A stretch of DNA of 64,000 nucleotides, taken from Eledone cirrhosa. Lineage: Eukaryota. Location: positions 236,034,001-236,098,000 of the forward strand of contig OZ024741.1 in assembly GCA_964016885.1 (NCBI GenBank), read 5' to 3'. Every line of letters starts with the position of its first letter. The first letter of the stretch is position 1. Positions 27,941 to 41,642 of this stretch are shown here, one piece after another. Under the pieces are notes generated by a model. The model searched no databases. It saw only the letters and a list, made by a program, of their open reading frames with translations, and was not told the origin of the DNA. Made by a program: the position numbers and the translations under genes.

Positions 27941-28210
27941 AATCCAGTGGTCAACACTAACACAATATACAATATACAAACCAGTTGGTTAACATCAGCT
28001 TGTTTGATACCAGCCTTCCCAAAACTGCTCCTGGTTCTATGAAACAAAACAATCCATTTTAAAGGGATCCTATTTAAATTAAAATTTTGCATCATAATTT
28101 GACATAAGAACTGTTTGTGTTAATGAAATAATTAATTAATTTAGTAAACCCATCCAAATGTTTCATTAATTAATTCAAATACAGTGTCTTTTATTATAAA
28201 TATGTTAAAG

Positions 28211-28384
28211 GCGGGATTAGCAGTATCGGTAGAGGGCCATGCTTTGGCGCATAGTTACGGCCCTTGCCATTCTGAGTTCAAATCCCGCCGAGGTTAACTT
28301 TGCCTTTCATCCTTACGGGGTCGATAAAATAAAGTACCAGTAATGCACTGGGTAATTGCTGGCCTTGTGCCTAAAGTAGAAACA
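28211..28384 (+). mobile_element. near full-length SINE family A with perfect target-site duplication
   Basis: Flanked by ATTATAAATATGTTAAAG at 28193-28210 and 28385-28402. Confidence 0.93.
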
Positions 28385-28555
28385 ATTATAAATATGTTAA
28401 AGAATATATATATAACCATCCCTCAAAGGTAGCTGGTCACATTCAAGACATTTTCACCAATTCTCTGCTGATTTTACTAATCCACCATACAAAAATCTAG
28501 ACATAAAAGGATTAACCATCAGTCAGTTGTCCTTGTTAGGATAGCTGTTTATATA

Positions 28556-29420
28556 CCAGCTGTTGCACCCCAGATATGGGAGTGTGTACCAGCTGTTGCA
28601 CCCCAGATATGGGAGTGTGTACCAGCTGTTGCACCCCAGATATGGGAGTGTTTACCAGCTGTTGCATCCCAGATATGGGAGTGTGTACCAGCTGTTGCAC
28701 CTCAGATATGGGAGTGTGTATCAGCTGTTGCATTCCAGATATGGGAGTGTGTATCAGCTGTTGCATTCCAGATATGGGAGTGTGTATCAGCTGTTGCACC
28801 CCAGATATGGGAGTGTGTACCAGCTGTTCCATCCCAGGTATGGGAGTGTAACAGCTGTTCCATCCCTGAAATGTAAGTGTCTACCAGCTGTTCCATCCCA
28901 TTTATGGGAGTGTGTACCAGCTGTTCCATCCAGAAATGTGAGGGTGTACAACTGTTCCATCCCAGATGTGGGAAGGTGTACCAGCTGTTCCATCACAGAT
29001 ATGGGAGGATGTACTAGCTGTTCCATCCCAGATATGTATATGCCAGCTGTTCCATCCCAGAAACGTGAGGGTGTGCCAGCTGTTCCATCCCAGATATGGG
29101 AGTGTATATTAGATGTTCCATCCCAGATATGGGAGGGTGTACCAGCTGTTCCATCCCAGATATGTATGTACCAGCTGTTCCATCCCAGATATGGGAATGT
29201 GTACCAGCTGTTCCATCCCAGATATGGGAATGTGTACCAGCTGTTCCATCCCAGAAATGTGAGGGTGTACTAGCTGTTCCATCCCAGATGTGGGAAGGTG
29301 TACCAGCTGTTCCATCCCAGATATGGGAATGTGTACCAGCTGTTCCATCCCAGAAATGTGAGGGTGTACTAGCTGTCCCATCCCAGATGTGTATGTACCA
29401 ACCATTCCATCCCAGATATA
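28556..29420 (+). repeat. 33-bp minisatellite (~27 copies, some 28-bp variants)
   Basis: Unit CCAGCTGTT(G/C)CA(C/T)CCCAGATATGGGAGTGTGTA. Confidence 0.96.
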
Positions 29421-29794
29421 TGAGCAGGACCCTTAGGAGAGCTGCGATTAATAGACACATGATCAAAAATATTCCAGTCCCAATATCCCATCCTTTTCCT
29501 AGCCACAGTGCACCCACTTACATATTACAGAATGTCACCTTCCATTTTACAAGACAGTAATCAGTGAGTCAAGTGAGATTTGGTTGCTATTTTTAGCAGG
29601 TTCTGAAACTGCTTTGTGGCTGTCTTTTTGGTTCATTCTTGTTGTGGTGGTTGTTGTGCTGGTCAAACCATCTTATATTTTAGACAGTGTATTCAGGGTT
29701 ACACTATCCAATGTGTCAGGACAATAAGGTGGGGAATTTAGTTGCCATTTCCCCACAGTTCAAACAACCATGTTCAAATCTCTTTGTTATTAGC

Positions 29795-30631
29795 ACTGGT
29801 GGTGGTGGTGGTGGCAGTAGTAGTAGTAGTAGTAGTAGTAGTAGCAGCAGCAGCAGTAGCAGTAGTAGTGGATATGGTGGTGGTGATTATAATAGTGGTG
29901 ATGGTGGTAGGTTGTGCTGTTGCTGCTGATGATGATAGTGATGATGTGCTGATGGTAGTTATGATAATATTGAAAATGATGATGATAGCGATGAGAGCGG
30001 TTCTTTTGCTGATGGCAGTTATACTGATGGTAGTTTGATGGTGACGGTGTGAGAGAACTATTGAGTTAATGACCCAGGTGGTACTGTCAATGTTTTAGTT
30101 TTTATTGGTGGTAGTGGTGGTGGTGGTGGTGATGGTGATGGTTGAGTGCAGTGATCTTAGTGAGGGAGGATCTTGCCAGTGCTAGTAGTATGTATGTATG
30201 TATGTATGTATAGTGGTGGTGGTGGTGGTGGTGGCGGTGGTATGTGTAATGGTAGTTGTGGTGATATAGGTGATAGTGGAGCTAGTGTTGTGGCAGTGGT
30301 GGTGGTGGTGGTCTTCGAGATTGTGGCCTTGATAATAACACAATGCCTTATCTTGCTGTTGCTGTTGCTGTTGCTGATTGTGGCAGCGTTCATGTTATCG
30401 TTGTTGTTTTTATTGTTGTTGTAATTGGTGGGGAGTGGGGATAGTACTAATGATTATTGAATAGCTCTAGCAGTAATAGTAGTAGTAGTAGTAGTTGTTG
30501 TTGTTGTTGTTGTAATGGTGGTGGTGGTGGTGATGATGGAGTGATGGTGGTGGTGATGGTAATAGTTGTTGCAGTGATACCGCTAATGATAATTATATAG
30601 TAGTATTTGTGGTGGCGATAGTGGTGTTGCT

Positions 30632-30662
<31 letters not shown>

Positions 30663-33600
30663 TAGTAGTAGTGGTAGTAGTAGTAGTGGTAGTACCAGTA
30701 GTAGTAGTAGTAGTAGTAGTAGTACCAGTAGTAGTAGTAGTAGTAGTAGGGTTGGTGGCGGTGATGGTGATTGCAGTGATAGTGACAACGCTGATAACGG
30801 TATGGACGGTAGTGGTGGAGGGGGGGAGGAGGGGGGCAATGCTTGAGATAGTGGCTATGGTGATGCTGCTAGTGTTGTCATTGTTATCTACAGTGATATT
30901 GGTGCTGATGGTTGTATTGTTTGTTGTGGTTGTTATGGTAGTGGTGGTAGTGGTTGTGTTGGTTGTTGTTGTTGTTGTGGTGGTGGTGGTGGTTGTGTTG
31001 GTTGTTGTTGTGATAGTTGTGGTGGTGCTGATGGTTGTGTTGGTTGTTGTTGTGATGGTTGTGTTTGTTGTTGTTGTTGTTGTGGTGGTGGTTGTGTTGG
31101 TTGTTGTTGTTGTTGTGGTGGTGGTTGTGTTCGTTGTTGTTGTGGGGGTGATGGTTGTGTTGGTTGTTGTTGTGATGGTTGTTGTTGTTGTGGTGGTGGT
31201 TGTGTTGGTTGTTGTTGTGATAGTTGTGTTGGTTGTTGTTGTTGTGGTGGTGGTTGTGTTCGTTGTTGTTGTGGGGGTGATGGTTGTGTTGGTTGTTGTT
31301 GTGATGGTTGTTGTTGTTGTGGTGGTGGTTGTGTTGGTTGTTGTTGTGATAGTTGTGTTGGTTGTTGTTGTTGTGGTGGTGGTTGTGTTGGTTGTTGTTG
31401 TGATAGTTGTGTTGGTTGTTGTTGTTGTGGTGGTGGTTGTGTTGGTTGTTGTTGTGATAGTTGTGTTGGTTGTTGTTGTGGTGGTGGTGGTTGTGTTGGT
31501 TGTTGTGATAGTTGTGTTGGTTGTTGTTGTTGGGGTGGTGGTTGTGTTGGTTGTTGTTGTGATGGTTGTTGTTGGTTGTTGTTGTTGTGGTGGTGGTTGT
31601 TGTTATGGTGGTGGTTGTGTTGGTTGTTGTTGTGGTGGTGGTGGTTGTGTTGGTTGTTGTTGTGATAGTTGTGTTGGTTGTTGTTGTTGTTGTGGTGGTG
31701 GTGGTGGTTGTGTTGGTTGTTGTTGTGATGGTTGTGGTGGTTGCTGTTGTTGTGGTGATGGTTGTGTTGGTTGCTGTTGTTGTGATGGCTGTGTTGGTTG
31801 TTGTCGTGGTGGTGTTGCTGGTTGTTGTGATGGTGATGATGGTTGTTGTGGTGGTGGCGATAGTAGGTGTGGTAGTGGTGGTGGTGGTGGTGGTGATGAT
31901 AGTTGTTGTGGAGGTAGTGATGGTAGTTCTGGTGGTGGTGGTGGTGGTGGTTGTGGTAGTAGTTGGTGGTGGAGGTGGTGATGGTAGTGGTGGTGGTGGT
32001 GATGGTAGTTGTGGTGGAGGTGGTGGTGGTGGTAGTTTTGGTGGTAGTGGTGGTGGTGATGGTAGTTGTGGTGATGGTAGTGGTGGTGGTAGTTTTGGTG
32101 GTAGTGGTGGTAGTTGCAGTGGTGGTTGTGGTGATGGTAGTGGTGGTGGTGATGGTAGTTGTGGTATGGTGGTGGTGGTGATGGTGGTGGTGATGGTAGT
32201 GGTGGTGGTGGTGATGGTAGCTGTGGTGGAGGTGGTGGTGATGGTAGTTTTGGTGGTGGTTGTGGTGATGGTAGTTGTGGTGGTGGTGGTGGTAATTGTA
32301 GTGGTGGTGGTGGTGATGGTTGTGGTGGTGTTGGTGGTGATGGTGGTGATGGTAGTGGTGGTATGGTGGTGGTGGTGGTAGTGGTGGTGGTGATGGTAGT
32401 TGTGGTGTGGTGGTGGTGATGGTAGATGTGGTGGAGGTGGTGGTGATGGTAGTTGTGGTGGTGGTAGTTGTGGTGATGGTAGTGGTGGTGATGGTAGTTG
32501 TGGTATGGTGGTAGTGGTGGTAATGGTAGCTGTGGTGGAGGTGGCGGCGATGGTGATGGTAGTTGTCGTGTGGCGGTGGTGGTGGTGATGGTAGTTGTGG
32601 TGGTGGTAGTGGTGGTGATGGTAGTTGTGGTGGTGGTAGTGGTGGTAGTTTTGGTGGTGGTGGTGGTGGTAGTTGTGGTGGTGATGGTAGTTGTGGTGGT
32701 GGTAGTGGTGGTAGTTTTGGTGGTGGTGGTGGTAGTTGTGGTGGTGATGGTAGTTGTTGTGGTGGTGGTGATGGCGGCAGTGGTAATGTTGGTGGTGGGG
32801 GCTGGTAGTTGTGGTGGTGGTGGCGATGGCAGTGGTAATGTTGGTGGTGGGGGGCTGGTAGTTGTGGTGGTGGTGGTGATGGCTGTGCTAATTTTGGTGC
32901 TGGGGGCTGGTAGGTGTGGTGGTGGTGGTAGTGGTGTTATGATTATAAGAATGATTGATTATGTAGATGATTAGGATGATTAATGAAGATGGTGGTAGTG
33001 ATGATGTTAGTGGTGGTAGGAGTGAGGTTGATGACAATGGTGTTGGTAGTTGTTTTGACTGACGATGATGGTGGCAGTGGTGGGGGCGATGATGATGATG
33101 ATGGTGGCAGTGGTGGTCGTGGTGATGATGATGGTGGTGATGATGGTGGCAGTGGTGGTCGTGGTGATGATGATGATGATGGTGGTGATGATGGTGGTAG
33201 TGGTGGTGGTCGTGGCGATGATGGTGGTGGTGGTGGTTATGATGATGATGATGGTGGTGATGATGGTGGTGGGGGCGATGATGATGATGGTGGTTATGAT
33301 GATGATGAGGAGGTGATGATGGTGGCAGTGGTGGTTGTGGTGATGATGATGGTGGTGGTGGTGGTTGTGGTGATGATGATGGTGGTGGTGGTGGTGGTGG
33401 TGGTGGTGGTCTGACGATGATGATGATGGTGGTGGGGGCGATGATGATGATGGTGGTGGTGGTGATGGTGGCAGTGGTGGTCGTGGTGATGATGATGGTG
33501 GTGGTGGTGGTCTGACGATGATGATGATGGTGGTGGGGGCGATGATGATGATGGTGGTTATGATGATGATGAGGAGGTGATGATGGTGGCAGTGGTGGTT

Positions 33601-36600
33601 GTGGTGATGATGATGGTGGTGGTGGTGGTCTGACGATGATGATGGTGGTGGTGGTGGTGGTGGTGGTGGTCTGACGATGATGATGATGGTGGTGGGGGCG
33701 ATGATGATGATGGTGGTGGTGGTGATGGTGGCAGTGGTGGTCGTGGTGATGATGATGGTGGTGGTGGTGGTGGTGGTCTGACGATGATGATGATGGTGGT
33801 GGGGGCGATGATGATGATGGTGGTGGTGGTTATGATGATGATGATGGTGGTGATGATGGTGGCAGTGGTGGTCGTGGTGATGATGATAGTGGTGGTGGTG
33901 GTGGTGGTGGTCTTCGTGGTCAGTGATACTGATGATGAAAATAATGGTGATGGTGATATGACGATGCTGACAGTGATGGTAGTGTTAGTGCTGAAGCAGA
34001 TAATAACTGGTTTTCATGGTGGTTGTGGTGGTTGTTGTGATGTTGATGATAATGCTGATGATGATACTACTGCTGTCGATGATGATGATGATGATGTTGT
34101 CAGTGGTGTTAGTGGTGGTGGTTGTTGTATTGTTGCTGTTGTTGATGATGATGATGATGATGTTGATGATGATGATGTTGATGATGATGATGATGATGTC
34201 AGTGGTGTTAGTGGTGGTGGTTGTATTGTTGCTGTTGTTGATTATGATGATGGTGATGATGATGATGCTGTTGATGATGATGATGATGATGATGTTGATG
34301 ATGATGATGATGATGATGTCGATGATGATGATGATGGTAGTATTTAGTGGTTACTGTAGTTGGAGAAGTGATGATGATGGTGATGATGATGATGTTTGTG
34401 GTGGTATAGTGATGGTGATTATGGTGGCATTGGTGTTGGATGTTGTGATGCTGTTCATGGTGATGTTGATGATGATGATGATGGCAGCATTGATGATGTT
34501 GTTTAGACCTAAGTTAGTCCTGATTAAGTTGAATCATGACACCTAGAATAATAAAAGGCATTCCAACTGCGACCATCTCCTAATATTTTATAATCCCGCC
34601 GAGGTTAACTTTGCCTTTCATCCTTACGGGGGCCGATAAAATAAAGTACCAGTAATGCACTGGGGTAATTGCTGGCCTTGTGCCTAAAGTAGAAACAAAT
34701 ATTTTATAGATCTGCTCAATGTGCACTTTACTTGTTTTTGAAGCCAATAGAATGTGATTTGAGGGAAATTCAACTGCTGTTTCCAGCAGGTCAAGTGAAC
34801 ATATAGAAGCTTCCACATTGGCCTGATGGTAGTGATGGTGGTGATGGCGATGAGGATGGTAGTGGTGGGGTGGTGGTGGTGGTGGTGGTGGTGTGAGTAG
34901 TGATGAGGAGATGATGGTGGTGGTAGTGGTGGTGGTAGTGGTGGTGGTGGTGGTAGTGGTGGTGGTGGTGGTGGTGGTTGGGATGATGTTATAATAGTGG
35001 TGATGCTGGTGGTGGTGTGAGTAGTGATGAGGAGATGATGGTGGTGGTGGTGGTGGTGGTAGTGGTGGTGGTGGTGGAAGTGGTGGTGGTTGGGATGATA
35101 TTATAATAGTGGTGATGCTGGTGGTGGTGTGAGTAGTGATGAGGAGATGATGGTGGTGGTGGTGGTGGTGGTAGTGGTGGTGGTGGTGGAAGTGGTGGTG
35201 GTGGTGGTGGTGGTTGGGATGATATTATAATAGTGGTGATGCTGGTGGTGGTGTGAGTAGTGATGAGGAGATGATGGTGGTGGTGGTGGTGGTGGTAGTG
35301 GTGGTGGTGGTGGTGGTAGTGGTGGTGGTGGTGGTGGTGGTTGGGATGATATTATAATAGTGGTGATGCTGGTGGTGGTGTGAGTAGTGATGAGGAGATG
35401 ATGGTGGTGGTGGTGGTAGTGGTGGTGGTGGTGGTGGTGGTGGTGGTGGTTGGGATGATGTTATAATAGTGGTGATGCTGGTGGTGGTGTGAGTGGTGAT
35501 GAGGAGATGATGGTGGTGGTGGTGGTGGTGGTGATGGTGGGGGTTGTCATGGTAATGACATGGTTGTGATAGTGATGGTAGTGATGCTAGTGGTGGAGGT
35601 GGAGGTAATGATGCAGGTAGGGTGTGGGGGGGGGGGTGAAGAGGGTAATGTTGGTGTGGCGGTAGTGATGGTGATGATAATGGTGCTGGTGATGGAGATA
35701 GGGGTGAGGATGGTGATGGTGAGGGTGGTGGTGGTGGTGGTGATATTGATGATGGTGGTGGTGGTTGTGATGGTAGTGATGGTGTGGGTTGTGGTTGTGA
35801 TAGTGCTTGTGGTTGGTTGTAGTGATGGTGCTGGTGGTAGTGATGATGATAGTGGAAGTAATGATGGTGATGAGGTGGTAGCGATGATAATGGTGGTAGT
35901 AGTGCTGGTAGTGATGGTGCTGGCATTGATCTTGATAGTGGTGGAAGTGATGGTGATGGTGGTGGTATTGATGGTAATGGTGGTAGTAGTAATTGTGGTG
36001 GGAGTGATGGTGTTGGTGTTAGTAATGCTAGTGGTAGTGATGAAGATTATTATACAGGGGGTGGAGGTTGCAGTAGTAGTAGTAGAATGAAGGTGATAGT
36101 GGTAGTGGTGGTAAGAGTAGTGATGATGATGGTAATGGCTAGAGTTGTATTGATGCTGAGAGTGGTAGTGGTGGTAGTAGTAACAGTGATGTTAATGGTT
36201 GTTATTGTTGTTGTGGGGGGGGGGTAAAAGTAGTGGTAGTGATGGCAGTGGTGGTGGTGATGGTGGCAATAGTAATAATGCTGTTGATGATGATGGTAGT
36301 AGCTGTGATGCTAATGGTGGTGATAATAATGATGGTGGTGAAGTTGGCAGTGGCAATAGTGATGCTGCTGCTGCTTGTGGTAGTAGCAGTGATGCTATAG
36401 TGGTGGTGGTGAGAGTGATGTTGCTGTTGATAATGGTGGTAGTTGCTGTGTATGGTTATGGTGATGGTGAGAGTGATGTTACTGTTGATAATGGTGGTAG
36501 TTGCTGTGATGCTATAGTGGTGGTGGTGAGAGTGATGTTGCTGTTGATAATGGTGGTAGTTGCTGTGTATGGTTATGGTGATGGTGATGGTGAGAGTGAT

Positions 36601-39600
36601 GTTACTGTTGATAATGGTGGTAGTTGCTGTGATGCTATAGTGGTGGTGGTGAGAGTGATGTTGCTGTTGATAATGGTGGTAGTTGCTGTTGATAATGGTG
36701 GTAGTTGCTGTGTATGGTTAAGGTGATGGTGATGGTAAGAGTGAGGTTGCTGTTGACGATAATGGTGGTAGTTGCTGTGATGTTATGGTTGTGGTGGTGG
36801 TGATGATGGTAAGAATGATGGCAGCTGTGATGCTATGGTTGTGGTGATGGTGGTGGTGGTGATGGTAAGAGTGATGTTGCTGTGATGTTGTGGTTGTGGT
36901 GGTGGTGGTGGTAGCTGTTATGCTATGGTTGTGGTGATGGTGGTGGTGGTGATGGTAAGAGTGATGTTGCTGTGATGTTGTGGTTGTGGTGGTGGTGGTG
37001 GCAGCTGTGATGCTATGGTTGTGGTGATGGTGGTGATGGTAAGAGTGATGTTGTGGTTGTGGTGGTGGCGGTGGTGGTGGTAGCTGTGATGCTTGGTTGT
37101 GGTGATGGTAAGAGTGATGTTGTGGTGGTGGTGGTGGTGATAGCTGTGATGCTATGGTTGTGGTGATGGTGGTGATGGTAGCTGTAATGCTATGGGTGTG
37201 GTGATGGTGGTGGTGGTGATGGTAAGAGTGATGTTGTGGTTGTGGTGGTGGTGGTAGCTGTGATGCTATGGTTGTGGTGGTGGTGGTGGTGGTGGTGATG
37301 GTAAGAGTGATGTTGCTGTTGAGGATAATGGTGGTAGTAGCTGTGATGCTAGTGATGGTGATAGCGGTGGTGGTGGTGGGTGGTAGTAGTGATACTGCTG
37401 CTGCTGCTGCTGCTGCTGCTGATGGTAGTAGCAGTGATACTGCTGATCATGGTGATTGTAGTGGTAGTAGTCCTGATGCTTCTGATGATGGTAGTACTAG
37501 TAGTAGTAATAGTGATGGTAGTAGTGGTGCTGATACTACTTGTGCTGGTGGTGGTGGTGGTGGTGGTGGTGGGGGGGGGTGATGGTAGTGATGATTATGG
37601 TGGCGGTAGTGGTGATGTTCCTGCTGCTGGTAGTAGTAGTAGTGGTGATGGTGGTGATACTGATGAGGATATGGTGATATGATGTTGGATGTAGCAGAGC
37701 TTATGCTGTTGATGGTAGTGGCAGTTATAGTAATGTTTGCAACTGAAATGGGTGGGCTGATGGCGGTGGTGGTGGTGGTGGGGTGCTGGTGGTGGTGGTA
37801 GTAGTGGTGGTGGGGTGCTGGTGGTGATGGTGGCGGTGGTGGTGGTGGTAGTAGTGGTGGTGGTGGGGTGCTGGTGGTGATGAATGTTGTGTTACTGGTA
37901 CTGTTGATGGTAGTAGTTATGATGATAAAGACAGTGGTGGTTATGGTGGTGATAGTGATGTTGATGATGGTGGTGGTGGTGGTGATAGTGATGTTGATGG
38001 TGGTGGTGGTGGTGGTGGTGGGGTGCTGGTGGTGATGGTGGGGTGCTGGTGGTGATGGTAGTAGTGGTGGAAGTAGTGGTGGTAGTAGTGGTGGTGGTGG
38101 GGTGCTGATGGCGGTGGTGGTGGTGGTGGTGGGGGTGGGGGTGGGGTGCTGGTGGTGATGGATGTTGTGTTACTGGTACTGTTGATGGTAGTAGTTATGA
38201 TGATATAGATAGTGGTGGTTATGGTGGTGATAGTGATGTTGATGGTGGTGGTGGTGGTGGTGGTAGTGATGTTGATGGTGGTGGTGGTGGTGGTGGTGGT
38301 AGTGATGTTGGTGGTGGTGGTGGTGGTGGTGGTAGTGATGTTGATGGTGGTGGTGGTGGTGGTGGTAGTGATGTTGATGGTGGTGGTGGTGGTGGTGGTA
38401 GTGATGTTGATGGTGGTGGTGGTGGTGGTGGTAGTGATGTTGGTGGTGGTGGTGGTGGTAGTGATGTTGATGGTGGTGGTGGTGGTGGTGGTAGTGATGT
38501 TGATGGTGGTGGTGGTGGTGGTGGTAGTGATGTTGATGGTGGTGGTGGTGGTGGTGGTAGTGATGTTGATGGTGGTGGTGGTGGTAGTAGTTATGATGAT
38601 ATAGATAGTGGTGGTTATGGTGGTGATAGTGATGTTGATGGTGGTGGTGGTGGTAGTGATGTTGATGGTGGTGGTGGTGGTGGTGGTAGTGATGTTGGTG
38701 GTGGTGGTGGTGGTGGTGGTAGTGATGTTGATGGTGGTGGTGGTAGTGGTGGTAGTGATGTTGATGGTGGTGGTGGTGGTGGTGGTGGTAGTGATGTTGA
38801 TGGTGGTGGTGGTGGTGGTGGTAGTGATGTTGGTGGTGGTGGTGGTAGTGATGTTGATGGTGGTGGTGGTGGTGGTGGTGGGGTGCTGGTGGTGATGGTG
38901 GGGTGCTGGTGGTGATGGTAGTAGTGGTGGAAGTAGTGGTGGTAGTAGTGGTGGTGGTGGGGTGCTGATGGCGGTGGTGGTGGTGGTGGTGGGGGTGGTG
39001 GTGGGGTGCTGGTGGTGATGGATGTTGTGTTACTGGTACTGTTGATGGTAGTAGTTATGATGATATAGATAGTGGTGGTTATGGTGGTGATAGTGATGTT
39101 GATGGTGGTGGTGGTGGTGGTGGTAGTGATGGTGGTGGTGGTGGTGGTGGTGGTGGTAGTGATGTTGGTGGTGGTGGTGGTGGTGGTGGTAGTGATGTTG
39201 GTGGTGGTGGTTATGGTGGTGATAGTGATGTTGATGATGGTGGTGGTGGTGGTGATAGTGATGTTGATGGTTGTGGTGGTGGTGGTGGTGGTGGTGGTGG
39301 TAATGGTGATGGTGGTAGTTTAGATTATAGTGGAGCCCATGGTAATTATGATGGTGATGATTGTAGAGGTGGTTGTGGTGGTAGTGAGTATAGTAATGTA
39401 TCTGTGTGGTGGTAGCAGTGTATTTGTGTAGTGATAGTTGTAGTGGTGGTGGTGGTGGTGTATTTGTGTGGTAATGGAAGTGGTGGTGGTAGCAGTGTAT
39501 TTGTGTAGTGATAGTTGTAGTGGTGGTGGTGGTGGTGTATTTGTGTGGTAATGGAAGTGGTGATGGTGTATTTGTGTGGTGAAGTCATGGTGGCGGAGGT
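29795..39600 (+). repeat. ~10 kb mosaic of GGT/GTT/GAT/AGT low-complexity tracts with local compound repeats
   Basis: Directly visible; compound units at about 34880-35540, 36380-36790, 37880-39300 and 39405-39580. Confidence 0.93.
34593..34697 (+). mobile_element. SINE family A 3' half inserted into a family C repeat
   Basis: Flanked by AATATTTT(T)ATA on both sides; the host repeat continues at 34500-34580 and 34710-34815. Confidence 0.85.
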
Positions 39601-39732
39601 AAAGTCTAGAACTAGTTGGGTACTCCCAAGAGTTTCCTAAATAATCAATCAATCAATCCTTAAAATAATAGCAAGATAGAAAGAAAGGAAGAGAGAGTGG
39701 GGACAGGGAAAGATACAGAATTAGAGACACAC

Positions 39733-39775
<43 letters not shown>

Positions 39776-39833
39776 GTATATACACATCTGTGAGTATATA
39801 TATATATAGTGTATATACATATGTGTGAATATG

Positions 39834-39868
<35 letters not shown>

Positions 39869-40513
39869 ACTTATGTGTGTGAATATGTGTGTATGCATAT
39901 TCTATGTATATATGTAGCTATCAGTGTCTCTCTCCCATTCCTCCCTCTGCTACCAGTTAGCCACTGTTTCTCCCATGACATCCATACTCATACCCTCCCT
40001 TCTCTCACCCTCTTGGTCATTTGTTCATACTCTTAGTCACACCTGCCTTGAAACAGCAGAGACTTAGTCTTGCAGGGACATGATAACCTCTCTAGGGTTG
40101 GTACCTGCATGTAATTCACCCACTTTATAATGGGCACCCAGTCCTGAAATTCATTGCTACAAAAGCAGCATATGAGCAAAATGTAGCCCTCTTAATCAAC
40201 CTAGAAGGCAATAAATAACTGACTCACACCTTGGTGACCCATCCAATCCATGCCAATATGTGGTCAGCCAATGCAAGATTGGCTGGTTGATAGATCGTTT
40301 GTCTCGGAAGGTGTCTGAACAATGCTACTCTTTGTTCTGATCATGAATATGTTTGGTCACTCTTTCATCTGATCTGGCTTCTTGCAATGGACAACTCGTC
40401 AGACCCATGCTAGCATGGAAAAATAAACGTCAAACGGTGGTGATGATGATAATGATGTGTGTGTGTTAGCGTATCTCTGTGTTTAAAATACCTACCAAAG
40501 TATTTAAAACATT

Positions 40514-40568
<55 letters not shown>

Positions 40569-40570
<2 letters not shown>

Positions 40571-40919
40571 CAAGATGGATTCAGTAAGAAACAGGTTAGA
40601 CCATTACTCACCAGAGTACTCGATACTAGGGGTAGTAGTGTATAGTTATATGAATGAGTCAGGACCCCGACGGCTGAGCTCTTGCCATTTCAACAGTTAT
40701 TTTCAGACTGAATTGCAAATGTTTTGGTGGTTAAGTAGCTGTTTCATCTGGAAGTATCAATTAGTCCAAATAAGGGCATACATTGTTTATCCAATTTGAT
40801 AAACAATGATACCTCTTGATGAAACAGCTACTTAATCTCCAATGCATTTACAATTCAGTCTGGAACTAGCTGTTGAAATGGCAAGTGCTCAGCTGTTGGG
40901 GTCCTGACTCATCCATATA
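40569..40919 (-). mobile_element. diverged fold-back element with one-sided tail, between (TA)n tracts
   Basis: Arms 40647-40759 and 40807-40919 are imperfect inverted repeats; central hairpin CATTGTTTATC/GATAAACAATG; tail 40569-40646 contains GAGTACTC. Confidence 0.8.
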
Positions 40920-41504
40920 TATATATATATATAATTATGGTGTTCATTTAGTGATAGGGACAATCAGTTTTGAGATGCATGTAATACTCAGAGAATTATT
41001 GTGTATAAATTAAGTTTTTTTCCCAGATGTGCTTCATGAAAATAAAAACATTAAGCATATAATGGCCAGTACCGTTTGTCTCTCTGCTTTGCAGACATAA
41101 TTTCTGGTTAGTTAGGAAGAAATTAACCAAAATAACTCTGCAGAAGACACTTACACAGATAAAGGATTGTAGCAATTATTGATGAAAATTAAACTACATC
41201 GTGTTTTATTCTTTTTACTTTTTTCAGCTACCTTTATAAATGTTTGTCTTTGTGGTGTGTGAAAGTGTATGTGTGTGTCTGCTGGTGTTTCAATGTATGT
41301 GTGTTCGTAAATCAAGTTAATTTGCCTTTAAATACATTATTTTGTTATTTTCTTTTTCATGTTTTGAAATATAGTTTTAATGAAAAAGTGATTACCCTCT
41401 GGCATCTCTCTACATATCTCATTGATCCATTTAACAGTCACAATGTCTACTTCATATTCTGAAAGGAAACTCTTTGTATTTACAATTCCTTCCCAACCCT
41501 TCAG

Positions 41505-41642
41505 TTTATGATAAAAAGAAAACTCCAACAAATTCAACAAGATCTCATTTGCCAAAAATTTGATGATTTAAATGAATCTAAAGAACCAGTCTGTCTATGT
41601 GATGAAGTTAACGATTTCCAAGAAAATACTAGCTATTCTTGA
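41505..41642 (+). CDS. candidate terminal coding exon
   Basis: Pyrimidine tract plus CAG acceptor at 41504, then open FMIKRKLQQIQQDLICQKFDDLNESKEPVCLCDEVNDFQENTSYS*. Unique sequence; no homology recognised. Confidence 0.25.
   Translation, partial: FMIKRKLQQIQQDLICQKFDDLNESKEPVCLCDEVNDFQENTSYS

Noticed and set aside
28536-29560. Overlapping repeat-protein ORFs (HPRYGSVYQLL; CTSCCIPDMGV)
   Set aside because: A by-product of a 33-bp unit; 28-bp variants break the frame; the array is not repeat-spacer organised.
29742-39652. Poly-Val, Gly/Cys-rich, Gly/Asp-rich and His/Pro-rich ORFs
   Set aside because: Translations of GGT/GTT/GAT mosaics with frequent frame slips; no domain, start context or splice support.
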